Part shown: in pieces, positions 16,156 through 24,900 of the stretch
Position numbering within the stretch: the stretch's first letter is position 1
Layout: each line of letters opens with the position of its first letter
Source of the DNA: an archaeon
Lineage (GTDB): Archaea > Asgardarchaeota > Thorarchaeia > Thorarchaeales > Thorarchaeaceae
Assembly (NCBI GenBank): GCA_024275415.1
Contig: JAJRZD010000017.1
Span: 30,001-62,000 of the forward strand
DNA length: 32,000 nucleotides
Reading direction: 5' to 3'
Notes under the pieces: generated by a model
The model's input: only the letters and a program-made list of their open reading frames with translations
The model's database searches: none
Told to the model about the DNA's origin: nothing
Made by a program: the position numbers and the translations under genes

Positions 16156-16328
16156 GCATCAGCAGGATTCCCGACCCGGACTTTGTGGAATGCAGACGAT
16201 GCAAGTTCCGACGAAAACGAAAGGATTTGCGACAGCGCAAGCCGACCTATTACGTTTGCGAGCTCCACGTAATCAGGCTACGGGGGCGCAGGGGTTGTAG
16301 TGCCGGGCAACGGAGGGTTGGGAAATGA
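16152..16328 (+). CDS. Small basic Cys-rich protein (58 aa; not in ORF track)
   Basis: Translated by hand as MSISRIPDPDFVECRRCKFRRKRKDLRQRKPTYYVCELHVIRLRGRRGCSAGQRRVGK. ATGA overlaps at both ends fill the gap exactly. Confidence 0.65.
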   Translation: MSISRIPDPDFVECRRCKFRRKRKDLRQRKPTYYVCELHVIRLRGRRGCSAGQRRVGK

Positions 16329-16648
16329 AGCGGCGGTGGAAGATACGAAATCAGTTTGCCGCTGATGCTCTAGACAATGACCTATTGTTTGACGAGTATG
16401 AACCGTTACAGGAGTTCACCAGAACGAATGTGTCAATCCACGGCGAACTGAGAACATTCTTTCACAGGCCCGAGATACAATCTCCACTGGTGAAGGATCT
16501 TGCCAAGGCCCTCTCGTACCTTGAGGAATGCTCGCATGGATGGGCTGGTGCTGACAGCACTCATGATCTGTATCAACAGCTCGAGCGGATTATGAAACGA
16601 CACGGAGTCTTCGAACGTTATAATGTCAAGAAGGAGATGAAAGAATGA
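16325..16648 (+). CDS. Hypothetical protein (107 aa)
   Basis: ATGA-coupled, with an SD. Confidence 0.65.
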   Translation: MKRRWKIRNQFAADALDNDLLFDEYEPLQEFTRTNVSIHGELRTFFHRPEIQSPLVKDLAKALSYLEECSHGWAGADSTHDLYQQLERIMKRHGVFERYNVKKEMKE

Positions 16649-16902
16649 TCGAGATACGCTTGAAACGCAAAGAGGAAAATCAGAAAGTAAAGGAAACCAA
16701 AGACGGTGTGACAGACACTTTCAAGGTCGTGCTTGTCGGCGAGGATGTGCGCAATGGCGTCGAGTGGAGCCTGACTCTAAAATATGAGGGTGAGAATCTC
16801 CCTAGTGAATATCTGAAAGAAATCGGGCACTCGTGGAACGACGAGTCCGTCCTCATGCTTCAGGCCGGCAGTCGGCAGTCGACACTGGAGGGGCCTGGAT
16901 GA
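16645..16902 (+). CDS. Hypothetical beta-rich protein (85 aa)
   Basis: ATGA-coupled, with an AGGAG SD. Confidence 0.65.
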   Translation: MIEIRLKRKEENQKVKETKDGVTDTFKVVLVGEDVRNGVEWSLTLKYEGENLPSEYLKEIGHSWNDESVLMLQAGSRQSTLEGPG

Positions 16903-17279
16903 TATCGATACCTGCACACTTGCCGGACTGCGTTTCAGATCATACACAGAGCCCGATATTTGATATCCCTGCTGGGTTCACTCCATTCGTTTTCCAGAAA
17001 AGACAGTTCTTGATACGTATCTGGAGGTTGCCGGCCGAAGATTTGAATCCTTGGGAACTACGGCGACCGGTCGCCTTCTTGGAGTTCACTGATCTGGACG
17101 AGATAGACCCATCGCCATGTGGGCTTCACTGGAGCTATTCTCAGTGGAAGAATTGCTACATCCTTCATGGGCACATCCAAGGGAGCACGAAGCACTGGTC
17201 GCTTCAAGACCTCTATAAACGATGTACTCGAGAGATTGCGTATTTCGTGAAGAAGATTGGGAGGGAACATGAAGGATGA
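16899..17279 (+). CDS. Hypothetical protein (126 aa)
   Basis: ATGA overlap fixes the start at 16899; GGAGG SD. Confidence 0.65.
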   Translation: MISIPAHLPDCVSDHTQSPIFDIPAGFTPFVFQKRQFLIRIWRLPAEDLNPWELRRPVAFLEFTDLDEIDPSPCGLHWSYSQWKNCYILHGHIQGSTKHWSLQDLYKRCTREIAYFVKKIGREHEG

Positions 17280-17611
17280 CATTTGCACGACTAAACGAGG
17301 GACTAGAAGAAAGAGTACGCGCAGAAACTATGAGATACATCACCGACAGTCTTGAGCGGTGTGGCGGTGAGTGCCTGCTCTCTGTCAGAAGGGTTTCTAA
17401 AATGATCTCGGCGCGACTAGGTCTGAAACGTAGCAAATTCGTCAACGACGTAGTCAACCAGACGTTGAAAGGACATCCGCTAGCGGTTTTCTATGGGTAT
17501 TCACACAGGCGCGGAAAGCCTAACAATCCAGTAGTCGCAATGATATATCAACTAAAGTCGCCATCTATTGAGGAACTGGCGGCTGCTGCGAATGTGGGGG
17601 TGTCGGTGTGA
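17276..17611 (+). CDS. Hypothetical protein, possibly DNA-binding (111 aa)
   Basis: ATGA-coupled, with a basic helical pattern. Confidence 0.6.
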   Translation: MTFARLNEGLEERVRAETMRYITDSLERCGGECLLSVRRVSKMISARLGLKRSKFVNDVVNQTLKGHPLAVFYGYSHRRGKPNNPVVAMIYQLKSPSIEELAAAANVGVSV

Positions 17612-17913
17612 CCGAGCTCGTCATTGCACAACTAATTCCTGAGCTTGTCGCAGATGAACGTAAGCTGTCTCGGGGCACTCTTGCTGCGCAATATCGAGAG
17701 CACATCGACAAAACAGGAATGAAACGCAGATACGGGCCATACGTAAGCCTCGTTTTGCGCGTTTCTGAAGAGAAGCAAGAATGGTTCTATCTCGGAAAGA
17801 TCGGGACTTCAAAGTATCGGGCAAAGTTGGAGCGAGTTCGGGAGATCCTCGAGATGAACTCGCATCTCTCAAATGCGGAGCTTTCGAGGGTTCTGAAGGA
17901 GGTCTGGAAATGA
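17608..17913 (+). CDS. DUF6788-like small protein (GPY...YLG motif), candidate recombination accessory factor (101 aa)
   Basis: GTGA overlap. Sequence RGTL...YGPYVSL...WFYLGK. It lies next to the integrase. Confidence 0.55.
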   Translation: MTELVIAQLIPELVADERKLSRGTLAAQYREHIDKTGMKRRYGPYVSLVLRVSEEKQEWFYLGKIGTSKYRAKLERVREILEMNSHLSNAELSRVLKEVWK

Positions 17914-18125
17914 GCGAGATAGAAGAACCACCTATGACCCGTGAGTTGTTTCGTTTGCTTTCTGCTGGAGTTTCTTTAGTATTTCAGCGTATAATTGATC
18001 AACTAAGCCCTGAAACAATTCAGATGATGCTGAAAGACCTTCAAGAGCTTGAGTCGCTGTCGCCTGCGTCTGTTCCTGAAGTGCCTCTTCAGAGAGAGGT
18101 AGGCGACACCGCGAGCATAAACTAG
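17910..18125 (+). CDS. Hypothetical protein (71 aa) overlapping the integrase 3' end in antisense
   Basis: GGAGGT SD and an ATGA overlap like the preceding eight genes. Confidence 0.45.
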   Translation: MSEIEEPPMTRELFRLLSAGVSLVFQRIIDQLSPETIQMMLKDLQELESLSPASVPEVPLQREVGDTASIN

Positions 18126-19083
18126 CGTCTGCTTCATTGATTGCGCCACAATTTGGACATTGAATCGGTTGTGGTATATTGTTATCTTTTGGCAGAATCC
18201 CTAGATATTTCAGCTCCGCTTTATGTAGGTCTTCCTGATCTAATATCGCATAGTATTGTTCAAGCACTTGGCTATCTTTCTTGTGCCCCATCCTAAGCTT
18301 GACTTCTAATGGCGAAAGCCGTCCTTCTCTTAGAAGTTGTGTTGCTCTGGAATGTCGAAAAAGATATGGAAAGAGAGAGCATTTAGGGCCATGACTCCCA
18401 CGCCCAAGTCTAACATCATGTTGAATTTGCAGTGTGTTTCGAATAGTTTTGACCGTCGGACGGCGCCCAAAGCGATTGATGAAGAGCGGAGCCTCATTGT
18501 CATCCCTCTTTGGATGCACCGCAAACCAATTCTCAAAGGTTTTGATAGCAGCCGGAATCAATAGAGTGACATTGCGCCGACCCTGTTCATTTTTCACTTT
18601 ATCAAATTTGAACTGGTAACCATAACGGGTCTGAATCACATCTCCGACGTCCAACTTCAGAACAGCGCCAGGTCTTCGTCCAGTGTCAAAGACAACCATA
18701 TAGAATGCCTTCAACCAAAGAAGCTCTGTATTTTCACAAATGTCTACGAGTTCCTCCCAGGTAATCAAGTCACTTGAGCGTATCTTTCGTTTTGGCTTAT
18801 GTCGCTTCCGACCCAAAGCTCGTTTCAGGTCCTTATCGATATCGAGCTTGTTGAACTCCATTAGTCGCGTCAGAATATACTTTCGTGCATTCAATGTTTG
18901 GACAGAAAGATGTGTCATCTTCGACAGGATATCTAGTGGCTGCGGGTTTTCAGGATCCAGAGAATATGTATTGATCATCGCATCGAGATTCTGCTCATAG
19001 TTCTGTAATGTTGAATCGGCCATCGCGACGTCGGAAACATCACGAAGATAATTTAGAAACCGCTTGCGGTCGAAAGAGGCCAT
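17932..19083 (-). CDS. int: Tyrosine recombinase/integrase with C-terminal Zn ribbon (about 383 aa)
   Basis: DTGRRPGAV (catalytic R), YLFRHSRAT (HxxR), MGH, EQYY (catalytic Tyr region) and CPNCG...CSRC. Start 19083 is preferred because a TATA box lies 26 nt upstream. Confidence 0.95.
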   Translation of the reverse strand: MASFDRKRFLNYLRDVSDVAMADSTLQNYEQNLDAMINTYSLDPENPQPLDILSKMTHLSVQTLNARKYILTRLMEFNKLDIDKDLKRALGRKRHKPKRKIRSSDLITWEELVDICENTELLWLKAFYMVVFDTGRRPGAVLKLDVGDVIQTRYGYQFKFDKVKNEQGRRNVTLLIPAAIKTFENWFAVHPKRDDNEAPLFINRFGRRPTVKTIRNTLQIQHDVRLGRGSHGPKCSLFPYLFRHSRATQLLREGRLSPLEVKLRMGHKKDSQVLEQYYAILDQEDLHKAELKYLGILPKDNNIPQPIQCPNCGAINEADASLCSRCRLPLSEEALQEQTQATATQALEGLSASSELFQGLVDQLYAEILKKLQQKANETTHGS

Positions 19084-19108
19084 GTTTGGGACATTCGAGT
19101 TGCCCTCA

Positions 19109-19115
19109 TATATAA
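19109..19115 (-). promoter_or_regulatory. Archaeal TATA box for a leaderless integrase transcript
   Basis: TTATATA on the minus strand, 26 nt before ATG 19083. Confidence 0.55.
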
Positions 19116-19463
19116 TTATGGAGTTATTTGCCCTCATGAAGAGCCCTTCTTTTCGTAACATGCCCTCATTACACAAACTCCCCCCCTCCTACCACGATAG
19201 CCTTGTTATCTCCGACCACACCTTTTCTATGTCCGCATTTTGAGGATTAGAAACAGTCGACGCTAATGTATCTCGACTCCATCAATAGCAATTACTTTGC
19301 ATTACAGAGGCCTAGCGAAAAAACAAATACGAATTCGTAAATCTTATTTTTCAATTTTCCAATATTAGTGCGGTCTGAAGAAGAGAAAAACCCGATACCA
19401 GCGTTGTGCTTCTTGAAGCTGGTGTCTTCTCATTTAGGAATCATCTACGCTTGAGGTGATTAC

Positions 19464-19592
19464 ATGGCTGAGAAAGAAGACATAACCCATCATGTTCCAC
19501 TCGACCAATGGTTCGAGTTGGAAAGGCGCCTTGAGATCCTCTCTCGGATGACGACCGAGTGGGAACCATTAGAGGAGGCTGCTGAGGCGTAA
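19464..19592 (+). CDS. Small acidic protein (42 aa; not in ORF track)
   Basis: GAGGTGA SD. Sequence MAEKEDITHHVPLDQWFELERRLEILSRMTTEWEPLEEAAEA. Confidence 0.5.
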   Translation: MAEKEDITHHVPLDQWFELERRLEILSRMTTEWEPLEEAAEA

Positions 19593-19622
19593 CGTGCACG
19601 AAAAACGACGCACGGTTCCTCT

Positions 19623-19662
19623 GGGACGGAGCTGTTATGCTCTCAGTCCCAATTCCTTTTTT
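19623..19662 (+). terminator. Stem-loop followed by a T-tract, possible terminator
   Basis: TGGGAC-GGAGC-TGTTAT-GCTCT-CA-GTCCCA followed by ATTCCTTTTTT, between convergent genes. Confidence 0.35.
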
Positions 19663-19722
19663 GCACTATCAGAACAAGTCTGTAGCAATCTGTAATGGAT
19701 GTTTCGCCCTCTCCATGCTTCA

Positions 19723-20556
19723 TCAAAACTGTGCTAATGCTCCGCGTTTCCTAATCGAACGCTCTGTCGCCCTGAACATGACGGTGCCTACAACGATGAA
19801 TACCACATTCAGGATGAGAAGTGCAATCACTGTTTCAACTAACCTCGGGAAGGCGAATCCATCCATGAGAAACCCCCTGAACCCTTCGACGCTCCATGTC
19901 AATGGAGAAACCATTGATACGTACTGCAAGAGAGGCGGGAGCACTGCGATGGGATAGGTCATCGGAGCGACTAGAAACAGGATGCTGGAAAGGAATTCGA
20001 CTACCATCCATGCCTGCTTTGCCACTAGGACGATACAGACGATGGTGAAGACCAGTCCCTGCATGGCTATGATTGATAGTGCTATGATTCCCAGAGCAGG
20101 AAGGACTCCCCAGAGATTCAGGTTGACCCCAAAGAAGAGGACTGATACCGCAAGCTGGAGTACCACTCCGAGACCTCCGTGTTGAAGGTTGTGCAGGGTC
20201 GATCCCCAGACAAGGATTTCTCTCTTGAGGATAGTTTCCAATAGATAGAGCGCTCATTTCCCTGACAGACACCCATCGATGCCCTTGCGTAGGTCGATTC
20301 TTTAAGAACGTCATATCCATTTACTCGCGCCGTGCCCGAAGTCGGGATGACAAGAGTTGCGAAACATTTGATCAAACGTTGTCTTGCCTGCTCCGTTGGG
20401 CCCCAGAAGCCCATAGACCTGTCCCTTTGGAATGTCAAGTGATACAGATTTGAGAGCATCGACTCTTTTCTTTTCAACAGGGATTATGATTGCTCTTCTT
20501 TTGATGCTAAGGAACGTTTTGGATATGCTGTCAACCTCAACTGCATATCTTGACAT
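19723..20556 (-). pseudogene. ABC-2 type exporter remnant: 5' part of the ATPase gene fused out of frame to the 3' part of a permease gene
   Basis: GPNGAGKTT, then a 1-nt insertion near 20375 shifts into [23 protein letters not shown]...LSSRE. At about 20215-20225 the sequence switches to EILVWGS...TYPIAVLP...SPLTWSVEGFR (permease). The ABC signature and Walker B are absent. Confidence 0.85.
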
Positions 20557-20867
20557 CTTTCAATAATCTCCTTATGGATGATAAAACTTGGAGTCCATAA
20601 TTGCGGACGGGTCACCATGGATAAATGAAACACGCTCATACATCCCGAGCTACTGGAACCCGGTGTGGATTATCCCTGAAACACCATCTAGTATGTTCAA
20701 CATACCGTCTTCTGCATTACGTCAAGATTGTGGTTTTAAGGATTAGCAACTGCGCCAAAAGATTTTCGAAAGAAAATGTTCCTATACGTTTTGGGATAAG
20801 GTACGTCCTCCGCAAGATGACTGCTCTATGCGATAAGGTATTAGGGGGTATTCAACTGGATGTCTTT

Positions 20868-21779
20868 ATGCAACTAACCCCTGATGTCATTTTTGGAAGC
20901 ATTGCCATCCTGGTCGGCTCAGCACTCTATGCATTCTCTGTCGTTGCATATAGGTCTCAAAGCAAAGAAATCCGTCCAATAGCCATTGCTTCTATCAAGA
21001 TCTGGGTTGCATTGGGCTTCATGGTAGTGTTGTGGTTTCTGCCGCTCGGTATCAATGTCTTCGCAGTTCCACCTGATCAGGTCATCTATCTTTCAGTGTC
21101 TGTGCTACTTGGGGCCGTCATCGGTGATACCTTTTATCTTGCTAGTCAGGAGCGAATTGGGGTTTCGTATGCCTTCCCAATTGCCATGTCGTTCCCGATA
21201 CTCACGTATTTCCTCACAGTCATCTTCCTTGCTGAGCCACTCGTCCTAAGCAGACTGATTGGCGTCTTTGTCGCTGTTACAGGAATCATCATACTCGCCC
21301 GAGAACAGGAAAATCTGATGGACGACCATAACCCTGGCCCGATACACAAGATTGACCTGATAGGCGTAGCGATGGCATTACTCACAGCAATCTTCTATGC
21401 CACCGGAACCACAATTCTACAAGTCGGTGTTGAGAATGTCGATCCGCTGACAGCCAACTTCATAAGAATCATCGTTGGTTCTATCGCATTTGTTCCGATG
21501 TTTGCTATAGCCCACGCCAAAGGGATGCCACTCCCAGATAGGAAGACTACCAAACTGATTGCCATTGCTGGCTTCTTTGGGATGGCAGTGGGATCCATAC
21601 TCTACGTGACCGGGGTGAAGTATGCAGGTGCCTCTATAGCGTCCGTCTTGGCGTCTACCGCTCCACTATGGGCTGTTCCCGTTTCCATATTCTATCTCAA
21701 AGAACGGCTTACTCCTCTTGCACTGGTTGGAGTCATCGCCACCATTTTGGGAGCAGTTCTTGTCGTGATAGGGATTTAG
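20868..21779 (+). CDS. EamA/DMT family transporter (303 aa, about 10 TM)
   Basis: Two EamA repeats (GAVIGDTFYLASQERIGVSYA...LAEPL; GSILYVTGVKYAGASIA...LKERL). Start 20868 is preferred over the 81-aa non-hydrophobic upstream extension. Confidence 0.92.
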   Translation: MQLTPDVIFGSIAILVGSALYAFSVVAYRSQSKEIRPIAIASIKIWVALGFMVVLWFLPLGINVFAVPPDQVIYLSVSVLLGAVIGDTFYLASQERIGVSYAFPIAMSFPILTYFLTVIFLAEPLVLSRLIGVFVAVTGIIILAREQENLMDDHNPGPIHKIDLIGVAMALLTAIFYATGTTILQVGVENVDPLTANFIRIIVGSIAFVPMFAIAHAKGMPLPDRKTTKLIAIAGFFGMAVGSILYVTGVKYAGASIASVLASTAPLWAVPVSIFYLKERLTPLALVGVIATILGAVLVVIGI

Positions 21780-21939
21780 TTGTGTTCTTGTATCGTGACA
21801 GACATGAATCTCAGAGTCCCCGTTGTAATAGAGCTGGTATGCCCATACCTGTTTGAATTATCAAGACGCTCTTATTCCGCATCTGGCAATATCTCTATTT
21901 CTTTTCTAGGAATTTGAATGGCAAAGGTTATTTTGCCTC

Positions 21940-24900
21940 ATGTCTATCGACAGAAGAAATATTCTCCCTATTTGGAAAAGGAGGATGTATGATTTGCGAA
22001 ATAAGCACGCTATATCACTCATGCTATTGATGTTGTTCTTTGGATCGTTCTTTTTGGGTTCTCAGACCAATCCTGTACCTTTGAACGAAAATGCTGTATC
22101 TGAATCTAGCAATCTCACTAAAACGGGATTCACGACGGCAGCGACTCAGGCGGCTGAAGATAGCCTTAATGTTGCAAATAAGAACTGGGATTTCGAGATT
22201 GCTGACCCCAATGGAGGTCCAGCAAATTGGAGCTATTCCTCCACTGGGTATATCCGTTCCAATGATACCTATCAAGACCTAACTCACTTGGGTTCATATT
22301 CTGGTCGAATTAAAGCTCAGGGCACACACACTTTGTCTGTTTCGCCCTCCATACGACAGTTTTTTAGCGGCAGTGACCGCGCCTACATCTTGGAACAACC
22401 TGTGTTGGAGTTCTACTGGAATGCCCTGACCAACCCCGACCTTTCCGTGGGCGGAAGCATATATGTGCAAGTATCGTTTACCAATGGAAGCACATATACA
22501 CTATACTACTATCTCTCTGTCGGAACAACATACTATTCAAATACTACTGGGAGAACAAGCTTCATCCTGAATGAATCTCTTGCTCAATGGAACTTTTTCC
22601 AACGGAATCTTTTGAATGATTTCAATGATAGACCCGGATGGTCGGCAGCTGGTAACCTATACCTATCTAACATTTACTTTTATTTGATATCACCTCAAGA
22701 AAGTACCGCCCCAGCGGAGTTAGTATTTGATGATGTGGCAATAGTCAATAGCACCGCTTATGACTACTTGCAGAACCGAAACGGCAATTTTGAGATGGGC
22801 AATGGCGCTTACTGGTCTGATAGTGGCAATTATGATCCTAGTACCGTTTTGCTTACCGATGAACACACCCACGGTAGTAAGGCCCTTAATCTCACTACCG
22901 GGTCTAGGATAACCAATTCGCAATCGGAATCTCGATTGACTTTCAATCTTGGATATCCAGTGGGACCAATTCCGAATTCACCGACTATGCTTTTGCTGGA
23001 TTTTGATTGGATGTACGATGACACGTATAACGGAGGGGATCAGGGCGCGTATGTGGACATTTATTTCACTAATGATACATATTGGTCGTATGTCCGATTT
23101 TATCTAGGGCAAAATATGAATAACAGCATTCCCTCCAATTACACAGGATCAGGATACTCGTACTATCGCCTATACGCAGATGGTTTTGGCAGTAGAGGTG
23201 AGTGGAATCACTTCTTCCTTGACCTATTCGACATTGCTACAGCTTTCAATCTCCGTGATATTGGAGTATATTCCATTGATCTAGTTACTTACAGTCAAGG
23301 ATTTTCGAATGCGTCTACGCAGCTGTTGGCAGACTCGTATAGGATAATAACCTACGGGGTGAATTTTCATGACTTTGAGAGCGAGTCTGACGGAAGGTTA
23401 CCTGGGTATCCTATCCCCGGATGGTCCACATGGACTGGAATCGCATCGTACTTCAACCGTACCCCTGATTCCCACAGCGGTAATTGGGCTGTCAATATCA
23501 CTCCAGCACCGGGAGTCGCAGGAGCGATATATCAGGACTCCAGATTTCAGGTGGACAGTAGCTCGCTTCTTAGTTTCTGGTGGAGATTGGACGAATTCAT
23601 ATCATCCTATTCCACCTTATCATACCTTCGACTAGACCTTAATCCTTACAGTATCTATTATGTTGTGGCCATTGACAGTGATTACACTGTATCAAATAGT
23701 ACGAGTATAGGCTGGTACCTTCTCCCTGAGCTGAACACTACCGGAACTTGGGTCAACACAGTACGTAATATCTCAAGTGACTTCCAAGCACTGTTTGGCT
23801 CTGCTGCTACGGAGATGAACCGAATTATCCTGTATACGTACGCAGAACCTACTGGAAATATTTCTGTTCTGTTTGATGATATTAATATCTTCGATGTCAT
23901 TCCACCAACTGGGATCCCCAGCGTAGGTGGGACTCCAGTGTATCATGCTCCAACGACCATCGTTGTGAATGCTGATGACAATCGGGCCGGCGTCAAGGAG
24001 GTCATTGTGAGTTATAATACTGGTGCGGGCTGGCAAAATGTCACAGCATCCTATGCGTTCACTTACTATGAGGCTTCAATTCCGGTGCTACCTTGGAATA
24101 CAACAGTTGAGTATTATGCCATCATAACTGACTATGCTGGTAATACCATCGTAAGTGACAATGGTGGAAGCTACTACTCTTTTACTGTAGGTGACGATAT
24201 ATTGCCTGACGTAGACCTTATTGCCCCGTCAAATGCTACTACCGCATTTGATATGATTCAAATCAATGCGTCCGCAAGTGACTTGGGTAGTGGCATAGAA
24301 CGGGTCGAGTTCTTTGTGGACTCACTCTCTATTGCCAATGTCACCTCTGCACCATACTCTATCAACTGGGACTCGAGGATGGTATCAAACGGCACTCATA
24401 CTCTCAAAGTGATGGCATATGACAATCAAGGACTGGTTGGTGAAGACTCAATAACGATTGATGTACAGAACGATGTTAGCGCACCAGCAACCTATGCTCT
24501 TATGTTCAATCCCAGCCAGCCGCTCTATGACATGCCTACCGTAGTCACGTTGACTGCCTTGGATGTTTCAGGAGTCAAGAATGTCACCTTGTTCTATGCA
24601 GTCGAGGATGCAACACCCTCGTTTGCTCTCTCACAGGACTGGGTTTCAGTTCCGATGACCGCTGAGGGTCCTGTGTACTCTGCGACAATCCCCGCTCAGG
24701 AATATGGGAAGACCATTCTCTATTATGTGGTTGCCTACGATATCTATGACCAAGCGACATTCATCGGAACCGAGTTGGATCCATTATCTGTCGATGTGGG
24801 TGATGCAAGCAACCCATCGCTTACCATTGGAGGTCCCGCGTCAGGATCGACTGTGAAGGGTACTGTCAATTTCTCAATTCTTGCTTCAGACTTGGGAAGC

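Larger units (their letters stand above)
1..19200. mobile_element. Integrated provirus or virus-like element (right part; left end outside window)
   Basis: Tyrosine integrase at the right edge next to host-like genes. The interior has a spike-membrane proteins-ATPase operon, a divergent regulator pair, ParB-like, MazG-like and many small overlapping ORFs. The right boundary is approximate (19.2-19.7 kb) because no att site was seen. Confidence 0.85.

Noticed and set aside
19495-19525. GGTTCGAG as a tRNA T-loop or att remnant
   Set aside because: No T-stem or acceptor-stem pairing around it, and it lies inside the SD-led 42-aa ORF.
19623-19651. SECIS or other structured ncRNA
   Set aside because: No in-frame TGA selenoprotein candidate nearby and no SECIS core motif. 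A terminator is the simpler reading.
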